Below are positions 8,211 to 16,671 of a stretch of DNA of 60,547 nucleotides, in pieces; the stretch's first letter is position 1; each line of letters starts with the position of its first letter. The stretch spans positions 1 through 60,547 of IMG/VR virus record IMGVR_UViG_3300027112_000001. The stretch is one strand, 5' to 3'. The position numbers were made by a program, and so were the translations under genes. The notes under the pieces were generated by a model, which had not been told where the DNA came from, ran no database searches, and saw only the letters and a list, made by a program, of their open reading frames with translations. This DNA comes from a virus. Its lineage: Duplodnaviria > Caudoviricetes.

Positions 8211-9653
8211 TCAGTTACACGTAGCACACCCGGTCATCCCGCCAGTCGGCACAAATCCGCTGGCACGAACTGTTCTCCATCGCGACGCAGCAGTGGACTC
8301 TCGCATCCCCTTGGTGCCTCCGCCGCAGCTATGTCGCATCGGGTCGTCGTACTCCCCGCATTGATTGCACACTCGGAAGGCTGGGCCTTCGCATCGGTGG
8401 TTGCAGCTAGTGGGCCCACCGCAGATCGTACACATGCCGTTGTCCTGGTATCGATCCCCGCGACACCCAACGCAGCCGCCCAACAAAGCCTCACCCCGTA
8501 GTACCTCCGCTCGGCGTTCAGGGTTGTCCGGCAGGGCCTGCGCCTCAATGGCCTGCATGGCCACTGCGTCGCCGAACGGGTTGGCTTGGACGGTTACTTC
8601 CCCTGGACCTTGCATGCTGGCATACACGACCCTAGGGCCACTGCCAGAGTACAATGGGCTCTGCTTAACGTAGTACTGCGGAGCGGCGAGTTCGGCCACA
8701 CCCGCGAACCGACCCTCGCCGCAGTCTCCGCAGCCAGGCCCCGTCCGAGGCTCTACGCTAATACCTATTTTGTTGTAGCTCCATATCGGAGCCGACTCGA
8801 TCTTATTGATGAAGCTCTGTGCGTCATGCGACAGAAGACTGTTCAGGCTCTGCTTGTGGCCCCAGTCCGATGTCAGCAGTACGCAGTGCGGAACCATACG
8901 ACAACCCCACTTAGCGATCTCTGCTTGACTCAGAGAGTCTCTGTCTATGATCCCGATGGCGTACTTCGAGCCTATCGCGTCTATGACCTCTCGGCTGAGC
9001 AGCACCTCCCGCTTGAACTTCTGACACGGAGCGCACCACGACGCCGTGAAGTAGAGAATCACATTCTTATTCTCGCGGGCAGCCCAGGACTTTGTAGTCG
9101 CGATCGAGTTTGTATATGTCAATACCTTCGAGTCGTCGGTAGCCTCGACCTGCTCTTCCACCCTGGGCTTCGGCTTCGGCGTGTGCTCGGGGCAGTCCTT
9201 GCATGCACACTTGCCCTTCTCGCAGGTACAGACCCCAGTGTTTGCGCAGTCGCAGTACTGTGGCGACATGTCCGACGCACCCCAGTCCCGCTCCAAGTTT
9301 GTGACGCGACGCTCCAGCGCAGTCAGCCCATCATGGTACTTCCGGTGCTCTACTTCCATAGTGGTCAGCCGGTGGTTCAGCTGGGCGAAGTGATCGCCGA
9401 TCGCCATCTTGCCATCGCCACCACAGACGCGGCACTGTGTGAGCCCATCCCCGCTGCGGCCAGTGCCGTTGCAGTTAGCGCATACGTCGCCTGGTTGCGG
9501 CGTTGGGATATCTGGTCCTGGGATAGGCGACCCTATCTCGACCGTATTGCCAACGGCGTCCGCTGCGTTTGCTTTGCCACGCTCTACCTCGAACTGCGCT
9601 AATGCTGCATCCCCGAGGAGACCGCATAGCAAGAACATGTAGATGATCTTCAT
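8211..9653 (-). CDS. Exported Cys-rich thioredoxin-domain protein
   Basis: Signal peptide, DnaJ-type CxxCxGxG pairs, coiled coil, metallothionein-like Cys cluster, thioredoxin active site FTASWCAPCQ, Cys-rich C-terminus. Confidence 0.75.
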   Translation of the reverse strand: MKIIYMFLLCGLLGDAALAQFEVERGKANAADAVGNTVEIGSPIPGPDIPTPQPGDVCANCNGTGRSGDGLTQCRVCGGDGKMAIGDHFAQLNHRLTTMEVEHRKYHDGLTALERRVTNLERDWGASDMSPQYCDCANTGVCTCEKGKCACKDCPEHTPKPKPRVEEQVEATDDSKVLTYTNSIATTKSWAARENKNVILYFTASWCAPCQKFKREVLLSREVIDAIGSKYAIGIIDRDSLSQAEIAKWGCRMVPHCVLLTSDWGHKQSLNSLLSHDAQSFINKIESAPIWSYNKIGISVEPRTGPGCGDCGEGRFAGVAELAAPQYYVKQSPLYSGSGPRVVYASMQGPGEVTVQANPFGDAVAMQAIEAQALPDNPERRAEVLRGEALLGGCVGCRGDRYQDNGMCTICGGPTSCNHRCEGPAFRVCNQCGEYDDPMRHSCGGGTKGMRESTAASRWRTVRASGFVPTGGMTGCATCN

Positions 9654-9654
9654 G

Positions 9655-10596
9655 CTAAACAATCCCTTGTGTGTCGAAGTCGTACAACTCCTGAGTGAAA
9701 CCCTTGATCGGCGAGAAGGCGTACGAGTCCTGCTCTCCGAGTTGCTTGTCAACGTCATCCTGGTGCGTTCTCCACGAGCACCCCATGACTGCTTGATCGT
9801 TAATCTTTGGGTACGGTCCGCTCACGGACTGACCCCACGAGTTGAATTGGTACAAGTATCCTACGCCAGACTCTGTCCAGCCCACGCCGAGGTACACCAT
9901 CTGGTGCGGCCAGCTGCCGTTGCGACGAATGAAGCCTTCGCTGTCTCGATCGCCCTCGTATCCTACTCCGCTCGCGACAGTCACTGGGCAGCCGGCACTG
10001 ATCGCCGCAGCCGCCTCGTCGAAGCTCCGCACGAGCGTAACGTCCATCACTGGGTACTGCCGAGCGATGTCGTCTAGTTTGTTCTTGTCTTGCTGCCCTC
10101 CGCAGCCGTAGTAGCCCCACTCTTTTGCTTTACGCTGATCGTAGCGAGTCAGGTCGTGCTCCGCGACTCCGGTCTCCTTCGAGTAGTCCTTGCGTAGCAG
10201 CACACCGTACTTGCTGACCCAGTCGGCAGCCCAAGAGCCAGCCGCCCCATCTGAGTTATAGTCCATCTGAGGACCGCCATGCACTTCTACTCGGCAGCCT
10301 CCGTAGATTGCTTCCGTCGCCGCTCGACCAGGCCAGGTGATCTCGCCCTTGGCCGCCATGTTCCATAACAAACACGTACACGCTAACTCGGCACCCCACG
10401 ACACGCAGTCGCCGATGCCTTGTGCTTCCCGCTTCCAGCTGGGGTCTACTCTGTCCTTCGCTTCCCAGAGGCGAACCTCTGTCCCTCGCTTCAGTTGGCG
10501 CACCATCCGATCAGGGACGTGCTTGACTGCCATCTGAGCCTGGAAGAACTCTTGGTAGTGTCGGTCGGGGATCCGACCAAATAGCTGCTTCGTCAT
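9655..10596 (-). CDS. Papain-like (C1-type) cysteine protease
   Basis: Catalytic motifs QGIGDCVSWG (Gln/Cys), WPHQMVYLG (His) and QFNSWG (Asn). Confidence 0.8.
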   Translation of the reverse strand: MTKQLFGRIPDRHYQEFFQAQMAVKHVPDRMVRQLKRGTEVRLWEAKDRVDPSWKREAQGIGDCVSWGAELACTCLLWNMAAKGEITWPGRAATEAIYGGCRVEVHGGPQMDYNSDGAAGSWAADWVSKYGVLLRKDYSKETGVAEHDLTRYDQRKAKEWGYYGCGGQQDKNKLDDIARQYPVMDVTLVRSFDEAAAAISAGCPVTVASGVGYEGDRDSEGFIRRNGSWPHQMVYLGVGWTESGVGYLYQFNSWGQSVSGPYPKINDQAVMGCSWRTHQDDVDKQLGEQDSYAFSPIKGFTQELYDFDTQGIV

Positions 10597-11117
10597 AGCG
10601 CCTTCGCATACCCAGCGTTGATTTGTCTTCGTCCCAGCGTCGTCTTGTATGGTTCGACTAACGCGTCCGCGAGCACTCGCTCTAGTGTAAGTAGCCTAGA
10701 CACGTTGGCCACTTCCTTCCCTCGCCCTCGCGTGGTGAAAGCTGCGTCTAGGTTTATGATCAAGGTGCAGTCCTGGCCGTTGGCCATGCGTTGTAAGTTG
10801 TTTCGGGATACCTTGCCGCCCCGCTGGTCGAGCTCGGGAGCCCAACACCCGCGAGGGTTGGTCGGGTCGTTGAGGTCTACGAGCCTCACGGATATCGTGA
10901 ACGTCACCCGTTCGTTGCGTACTGGCGAGCCATCTACTTTCGCTCCGGGAGCACTGAGGGTTAGCGTGGTTTGAAAGATGAACGTATCACCGTCGTGCAC
11001 CGAGATAATCTTCCCCGGCACTCGCAGCTGAGCTCCGTAGCACACCGCGTTCAGCACCAATAGGATCTTCAGCACCAGCAGCATGAAGTAGCCGCGTTTG
11101 GTGAGCCCTATCTTCAT
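10593..11117 (-). CDS. Staphylococcal-nuclease (thermonuclease)-like protein with signal/TM segment
   Basis: 'ISVHDGDTF', 'VRL...WAPELDQ.GG', 'R.LA', 'QINAGYA' motifs. Confidence 0.7.
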   Translation of the reverse strand: MKIGLTKRGYFMLLVLKILLVLNAVCYGAQLRVPGKIISVHDGDTFIFQTTLTLSAPGAKVDGSPVRNERVTFTISVRLVDLNDPTNPRGCWAPELDQRGGKVSRNNLQRMANGQDCTLIINLDAAFTTRGRGKEVANVSRLLTLERVLADALVEPYKTTLGRRQINAGYAKAL

Positions 11118-11656
11118 AACGTCCGAAGCCCTTCTGCTACTTCTCGGAACATGGCAGCCGCCGACGCTCGGCGAGCATCATCGAGTTGCCCTGGGTCTTT
11201 CAGTCGTCGTACGCTCATCTCTTGAGAGATGAGCACTTCGGTGCGAGGAAATCTGGTGGACAATGGGGTGGTGTTCGCAAGAAAGCGATGTCGTTGTAAC
11301 CGAGCAAACGCCTTCCCCAGCCCGTTCGCCGTTTGTATCCGCTCTTCCTGAGTGCCATTGTACACCAGCGACTCAGCCATCTGAGCATACATGGCAGCCA
11401 GGATGGATGCTTCGTCCGAGGTGCAGCCTTCGCTCTTGAATGAGGAGGCAACTGTCGCGGAAAACGAGGTCGGCGTAGGAACTGGGGTCGGCGTAGGCGT
11501 CGGCGGTCCTGGAGGTAATGGACCAGGCGAGGGTACGCTACGGAGGAACAGCCACACTGCTCCACCGACGAGCACTGCCGTCATCAACATCACAAAGAGC
11601 ATCCCAACGCAACCTATCGCCAGCGTGGAATTCTCGATCTTTCGGGGCTCGGTCAT
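11114..11656 (-). CDS. Membrane-anchored protein with PT linker
   Basis: TM helix, then PPTPTPTP, then helical domain; start refined to MTEPRK. Confidence 0.6.
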   Translation of the reverse strand: MTEPRKIENSTLAIGCVGMLFVMLMTAVLVGGAVWLFLRSVPSPGPLPPGPPTPTPTPVPTPTSFSATVASSFKSEGCTSDEASILAAMYAQMAESLVYNGTQEERIQTANGLGKAFARLQRHRFLANTTPLSTRFPRTEVLISQEMSVRRLKDPGQLDDARRASAAAMFREVAEGLRTL

Positions 11657-11934
11657 GGGCGAGCTACTAGCTCCTTGAACTTCCGGTCCACGAAGTCTAC
11701 GACTCGTTGGCGGACCTGGTTTTTGAATAACTCGTCCGTGTAAGCCGGACCCCAAAAGTTAACATCCGTCAACAACTCATCCGCAAAGTGGTGGGCAAGA
11801 ATCTGGCATATGCGGTTGATGTCTTGCGCGTCACCACCTTCGGAAGTATACACTGCGACGAGGAGCCGAGGCATTCGTCGCAGATCAATTGTCCTCGCTG
11901 CCTTGTCAAGCAGTTCAGACAATTCGCCGTCCAA
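11653..11934 (-). CDS. Hypothetical protein
   Basis: Fits the operon with an overlapping stop/start. Confidence 0.5.
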   Translation of the reverse strand: MDGELSELLDKAARTIDLRRMPRLLVAVYTSEGGDAQDINRICQILAHHFADELLTDVNFWGPAYTDELFKNQVRQRVVDFVDRKFKELVARP

Positions 11935-11963
11935 TCCGTTTGTGAGCGGAACGGATTGAACGG

Positions 11964-12482
11964 TTAGCTGGGGCGGGTATCCGCGTCCACCTCGTCGATC
12001 TGGTCGGCTTCGCCGAGGTCCTGCGGTGCCGGCGTCGGCGGACTGTAATTGTCCACCTGCACGTAGCTCTCCGCGAACGGATCGGTGACCGTACCATCCG
12101 AGTACGTGTACCGAGCTTCGCGACCTACGGTCTTATCGACCTCGGCCCAAAACTCTGGCAACGGCGGTTGCTCTTCCCCGGTCGTCGGATCGAACGCGAC
12201 TTCGGTCCAGGGCAGGATCTCCACCCCGTCTTCCGTCACGCGAAGCTCTTGCTTCACCACTCGCAACCCGTTAGGGTCGTTCGGCACTGGCACGGGAGCC
12301 ATGTGCTGGCGGTTCTTGATGAAATGCGCCATGCCTTCAGTCCTTTCGTCTATTGCCTCGGTCGGCCCGAGTCGCCGTGGCGGTCGCCCGCCCAAAGTAA
12401 GGTGCGTAAGTAACTCGCGAATCTCGTTGATCGCCTCGGATTGGTCTCGGAGCTCTCGCAGGATTCTAAGTTCTTGTCCCAT
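11964..12482 (-). CDS. Hypothetical protein (start uncertain; internal RBS before MAHFIK)
   Basis: ORF directly downstream of the portal gene. Confidence 0.5.
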   Translation of the reverse strand: MGQELRILRELRDQSEAINEIRELLTHLTLGGRPPRRLGPTEAIDERTEGMAHFIKNRQHMAPVPVPNDPNGLRVVKQELRVTEDGVEILPWTEVAFDPTTGEEQPPLPEFWAEVDKTVGREARYTYSDGTVTDPFAESYVQVDNYSPPTPAPQDLGEADQIDEVDADTRPS

Positions 12483-12521
12483 AGTAATAACGTTTAGTCG
12501 CCGAGCGGCGATCTGTCTAAA

Positions 12522-13784
12522 TTAAATATCATCGGGACCTTCAGAGAACTGCTCCGCCTGCGTAACAGGCACGTTGAGTTTCTCCAACATGGCTTGGATG
12601 TCCACCTGCCCAGCGATCTGCTCACCGAAGACTGGATCCGTCATCAGGGCAGTGAAGATCGTGGAGAACAACGCTCGGTCATCTGGCGACAACTTACCCA
12701 AGAGCAACCGGCACGCTCCCGGCTTGCCCCAGTTACTGCGGTTGAACGGCTCGAGAATATGCGTCGTCACTGCCTGCGTGATCCGCTTGTGCCGCTCAAG
12801 GTTAATAATGATCGCTACGTCGGCATGGGCCTCCGCCTCCGCCTTTGTCCCGAACGTGCCCTCGGTCGTGGCTCGCTCGGGGATGCCGAACGCTCGCAGC
12901 TTCAGGGCATCGAGGTACTTGAGGCGTACCACGAAGCTCGGCTGCAAGCCACCACCGTCGGTCACCCGCTCCATCTTCCAGGCGGACTCGGCAATCTCTC
13001 CGGTCTCTGGGTCGGTGTCCACTGGCGTGGCCCCATAGCCTGCTGATTTGTACGCTTCGCCCAGCCGCCTAGCCAGTTCGGCGTGGTCGATCTTGGGCCC
13101 ACCGTCCGTAATCGCCGTCGAACCGACTGGGTACTGGATCCAAGTGAAACCACCCGCGACCTTATCGTCGTATCGTTGAGCACCCGAATCGCACGCGTTC
13201 CACTTCTGCCAACTCTCTTGCGGGACTCGAAGCAACGGATCACCTAGATCCCCGTAGCCCTCGTCGTCGAAGTTCACCCACAACACATGGTCCTTGTCGA
13301 TTATCTCCTTCTTGCCGTTGCGGTCCGTGTTCTCGACGCCGAGGAAGTCACCGGTCTTATCGTCTACCAGGATATCGGTCAGGCAGGTCCGCAAGGACTT
13401 AATCCCAGTGAGCACCTGACGACGAGACTTGCCGCCCTTGAAGTCCACATCCTCGATGTCGTACCGCGTCTCGAAGGATCGCCACCCGTCCTTGAGCAGT
13501 CCCCTGAAAGAGGATCTGATAATGTACTCCTTGTACGGTTCCAGCTGGGCCCAAGTGAAGTCGCAGATGTCTGCGTCTTGCCCCTCGATGGTCCAGGGTT
13601 GCTGCATCAGCATAGCGACGATCACGTCCACCGCGAGTTTGATCGTCGGGTCGCGGAGCATGAGATTGAAGTCTCTGTCCGAGAGCCGAGCGGTATGCGG
13701 CAGTGTGGCACCGCCTACGCCACGGCCACCCCAGCCGTTGCTGCTGACGACCACTTGTCTGCCGGACTTGAATTCCTTGGCCAT
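12522..13784 (-). CDS. Portal protein (Mu gp29/DUF935-like)
   Basis: Follows the terminase; 420 aa; 'MLRDPTI', 'YGDLG.PLLR', 'GTFGTKAEAEAHAD' pattern typical of gp29-like portals. Confidence 0.8.
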   Translation of the reverse strand: MAKEFKSGRQVVVSSNGWGGRGVGGATLPHTARLSDRDFNLMLRDPTIKLAVDVIVAMLMQQPWTIEGQDADICDFTWAQLEPYKEYIIRSSFRGLLKDGWRSFETRYDIEDVDFKGGKSRRQVLTGIKSLRTCLTDILVDDKTGDFLGVENTDRNGKKEIIDKDHVLWVNFDDEGYGDLGDPLLRVPQESWQKWNACDSGAQRYDDKVAGGFTWIQYPVGSTAITDGGPKIDHAELARRLGEAYKSAGYGATPVDTDPETGEIAESAWKMERVTDGGGLQPSFVVRLKYLDALKLRAFGIPERATTEGTFGTKAEAEAHADVAIIINLERHKRITQAVTTHILEPFNRSNWGKPGACRLLLGKLSPDDRALFSTIFTALMTDPVFGEQIAGQVDIQAMLEKLNVPVTQAEQFSEGPDDI

Positions 13785-13791
13785 CGTTCAC

Positions 13792-15108
13792 CTAGTTTCC
13801 GATAACTACCAGTCGGTTGCCGCTGAGGTCCACTGGTATGGGGAAGTACTTGTAGATTGGGTAACCGAGTGCGTCGGTCGCGTGCCCGCTGTCGTGCCTT
13901 TGCCCTGGTTCAGCCGGCACCGGGTTGCCGTAAGGATCCAGAGCTCGGTTCTCCAGATCGTCTATGAGGTGCGTCACTCGGTGATCGATCCAGAGCCTAG
14001 TCTCGCCTTTGGCGTTGCGGAGCATAGCGTTGACCGAGGCCACGCGGTCCTGCACGCCTGGATTGCTCTTGTCGTAGCGGACCCTAGCATTGAACCGCGT
14101 ATCGCTGAGTATTTGTCGGTAGTCTGTCTTGCTCGCTGCCGTCTTGCGAGCTCGGCTGGATGCGTCACCAGTGAATAACCAGCCGCCCTTGTGCGTGGTG
14201 CCGTATCTGTTCCATAGGTGGTCGAGCGTCTCTTGCGTCGTAGTGTTCCGAAGCCAAATCTCATCAAAGACTTCTACTCCTCGCCCCGCTGGGGTATCGA
14301 CGAACTGCATCAGCACCCACGCCATCGGATCGACGTTGAAGTCGCTGCCCACCAGGATCAGCTTCCTCGGGTCGTAGGTGCAGGCTTTCTTATTGTGCGG
14401 ACCGAACGCGTAGTAGCACTTGCCTCCCGCGTCTACCCAGTTGCCACCTATTTGTTCGTTAAAATCTTTTGTATCAAGCTGAGCTCGGAGAGCCTCGATT
14501 TCCGCCGGGTCAGCAACGTCCCACGATGGCCAGGTGTAAGACTCGTACCCACCCTCTCCGCGTAGGCCCATCTCGTAGGCTTGCTTGAACTCGCGGGCAC
14601 CAGGTCCAAAACGCTTAGGTACTCCGATTCGCCAACACCAACCTTGACGAGCAGCAAGTGCTGGCCGGATGCTGCGGTCATACACGCCAGGCCTTTGATC
14701 ACTAGACTCATCGATCACACCTCCGTCCCACTCTGCTCCCTCGACACGAGCCGGTTTGTCGAGGCCCACTACGTACAGCTTGCTCCCAAAGATAGTCTCT
14801 ATCTCCATGCGAGACTCGGATGGCGGTTTGGCGAGCCACTCTTTTGGGACTAAGTTTAATATCTGGTCCCACGCCACTAAACGAGCTTGCGCATATGTAG
14901 GTAAAGCAAAGAAATACTTCGGGTCGGGCCATGGCTTCTCCACTGGCAAGTACGCCACTATCCTTCGTCGCGACATAGTGGTCTTGCCGCTGAACCGACC
15001 GCAGCACAACACCACCGTTCGGGACTGGCTACGCCATGCCCGCGACTGCTTGGCGTGCGGCCGGAGTCGTTCCCATTGCCTTGCTGGTAGTAGAGCCTTC
15101 GCCGCCAT
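13792..15108 (-). CDS. terL: Terminase large subunit
   Basis: Q motif PHAKQ, Walker A GRFSGKT, Walker B GVIDE, nuclease motifs GSDFNVDP and HATDALGY. Confidence 0.93.
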   Translation of the reverse strand: MAAKALLPARQWERLRPHAKQSRAWRSQSRTVVLCCGRFSGKTTMSRRRIVAYLPVEKPWPDPKYFFALPTYAQARLVAWDQILNLVPKEWLAKPPSESRMEIETIFGSKLYVVGLDKPARVEGAEWDGGVIDESSDQRPGVYDRSIRPALAARQGWCWRIGVPKRFGPGAREFKQAYEMGLRGEGGYESYTWPSWDVADPAEIEALRAQLDTKDFNEQIGGNWVDAGGKCYYAFGPHNKKACTYDPRKLILVGSDFNVDPMAWVLMQFVDTPAGRGVEVFDEIWLRNTTTQETLDHLWNRYGTTHKGGWLFTGDASSRARKTAASKTDYRQILSDTRFNARVRYDKSNPGVQDRVASVNAMLRNAKGETRLWIDHRVTHLIDDLENRALDPYGNPVPAEPGQRHDSGHATDALGYPIYKYFPIPVDLSGNRLVVIGN

Positions 15109-15551
15109 CAGTCCTCAAAGCCACCTGGATTGATGTCCTCTTCGCCCATGCTCGTGAACAAGAATATCTCATGGGCGTCGGTGTCTCGCGAGCCAGGAGC
15201 AAAGGTCTCTAAGGTATGCCCAGCCGCGTGCCGGAACATCCGAGTGCCGTCGTCCTCCCTGCCTTCTTCCGCGAAGCCCAGCTTCTTGAACTTCTTGAGG
15301 GACTTATTAAACTCGGTTACGCTCGTGCCCTTCCACGTGGAGCCATCTGCGGAGTGCTTGGCTCCCTTCGGCATGGCCGCATGCAGCTGCTTCGTAGTGG
15401 GCCCGTCTACTGCTCCTGCTCCGCCGCCCTCGCCTCCGCAGGAGTTGTCGATCCCTCCGCCTTTGCCCGTAGCACAAAAGCCCAGCTTCAGCGTCTCCGG
15501 TGCTCCGTACCCAGGGTCACCAGGGAACAACCACTTAACTTTCTTGCTCAT
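15108..15551 (-). CDS. Small protein carrying the same FCxTGKGGGIDNSC tag as the polyprotein modules
   Basis: TLKLGFCATGKGGGIDNSC at ~15438-15495. Confidence 0.75.
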   Translation of the reverse strand: MSKKVKWLFPGDPGYGAPETLKLGFCATGKGGGIDNSCGGEGGGAGAVDGPTTKQLHAAMPKGAKHSADGSTWKGTSVTEFNKSLKKFKKLGFAEEGREDDGTRMFRHAAGHTLETFAPGSRDTDAHEIFLFTSMGEEDINPGGFED

Positions 15552-16108
15552 GCGACCTCCACTTCAGGAACAGAATCCAGCATCGCCGTCACAGCTTTGT
15601 TCAGCCGCTCCGGAGTAAGTTGTGTCTTCGCCACTGCGTCCACAGTCAACAACTTCTGTCGCAGATCCTTGGCCAGATCTATAACGAAGTCATCCGGCGA
15701 GACGCCCATCTTCAGCAGCTGCAATCCGTGACCGTCGTGCCGCAGCTTGTGGTCGATTAGCTCGCATGTCTCGGTGACCAGAGCATGCACTATGCTCACG
15801 TCTACCGAGCGACCAGACTCCTCGACCCGCTTGGCCGCTACTGTCATGTCGCGCACTTGGTTCAGGCTCTCGATCAAGTACTGCGTAGCGAAGTGCATGA
15901 TCCGCATTCGCTGCTCAGTGTTCGTGACTGTCTTCGCATGCTCGCTGGCCGCCTCGTACTGAGCAGCCGCTCGCCCACAGATGTCGTGCATCATAGTGAG
16001 CTCATCCCGCAAGGATAGTATGTCCCTGGCGTGCCGCTGAAGAGTATCCAGCCGCTCGCGGAAGGCTTCGCTCAAGTATGATGCGTAACGACTCACCGCT
16101 TCCTCCAA
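15548..16108 (-). CDS. Probable terminase small subunit
   Basis: Helical; 'SRYASYLS...LSLRDEL'; upstream of terL. Likely GTG start at ~16096 after GGAGG. Confidence 0.5.
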   Translation of the reverse strand: MEEAVSRYASYLSEAFRERLDTLQRHARDILSLRDELTMMHDICGRAAAQYEAASEHAKTVTNTEQRMRIMHFATQYLIESLNQVRDMTVAAKRVEESGRSVDVSIVHALVTETCELIDHKLRHDGHGLQLLKMGVSPDDFVIDLAKDLRQKLLTVDAVAKTQLTPERLNKAVTAMLDSVPEVEVA

Positions 16109-16203
16109 GACCTACGCCATTGCTTCAGCTTACGCTTCAGCTTCGCCTTCCGACGATCGCACCCGCACCAGCTTCGCTTCTTGCGGTTCTTACGCTTAGC
16201 CAT

Positions 16204-16548
16204 CTACCACCGCAGCAATGGAGCTATCTGTTTCTTCCAGTGTTCCCTATTTGCGTCACAAATCTCTGCAAGCGCGTCCACTGGCAGTGACCAGTCAACG
16301 CCTGACTCCTCAAGCAGCCAACGCATCGCAATCTCTGCATCGATTTTCGATCCGTAGCCGATCATAACTGCTAGCTCTACGTTGCGACTCCACTTTGCCT
16401 TAGGAGCGGCGACTAACCATGCTGGCGGGTGGTCCAAATCGCACAACGTTCCACACGACACTCTTAGCCGTAGCTGTTGCATAACATCGCTGCTACAAAT
16501 CCGCCCATGATCGCCGCCCCGACGAGGAGCAGCAGTAGGGCGAACCAC
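16204..16548 (-). CDS. Hypothetical protein (start uncertain)
   Basis: ORF filling the gap in the late operon. Confidence 0.4.
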   Translation of the reverse strand: MVRPTAAPRRGGDHGRICSSDVMQQLRLRVSCGTLCDLDHPPAWLVAAPKAKWSRNVELAVMIGYGSKIDAEIAMRWLLEESGVDWSLPVDALAEICDANREHWKKQIAPLLRW

Positions 16549-16554
16549 TTTGCG

Positions 16555-16671
16555 TCACTTGGTTTTCTTTCGTCCGGCACTGGGTCCTCGCTTCCCTAGC
16601 TTCGTGATCTGTAGGTCGCTGCCTTTGACCACGAATCTGTTTGGCTTCTTGGCTTTCTTCTTTTTGCTCAT
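16555..16671 (-). CDS. 38-aa basic peptide translationally coupled to the polyprotein (not in ORF track)
   Basis: ATGA overlap with the polyprotein stop; MSKKKKAKKPNRFVVKGSDLQITKLGKRGPSAGRKKTK. Confidence 0.55.
   Translation of the reverse strand: MSKKKKAKKPNRFVVKGSDLQITKLGKRGPSAGRKKTK

Noticed and set aside
12522-13784. Transposable Mu-like phage or prophage
   Set aside because: Only head genes are Mu-like. There is no transposase or host flanks, and the phage has its own polymerase and primase.
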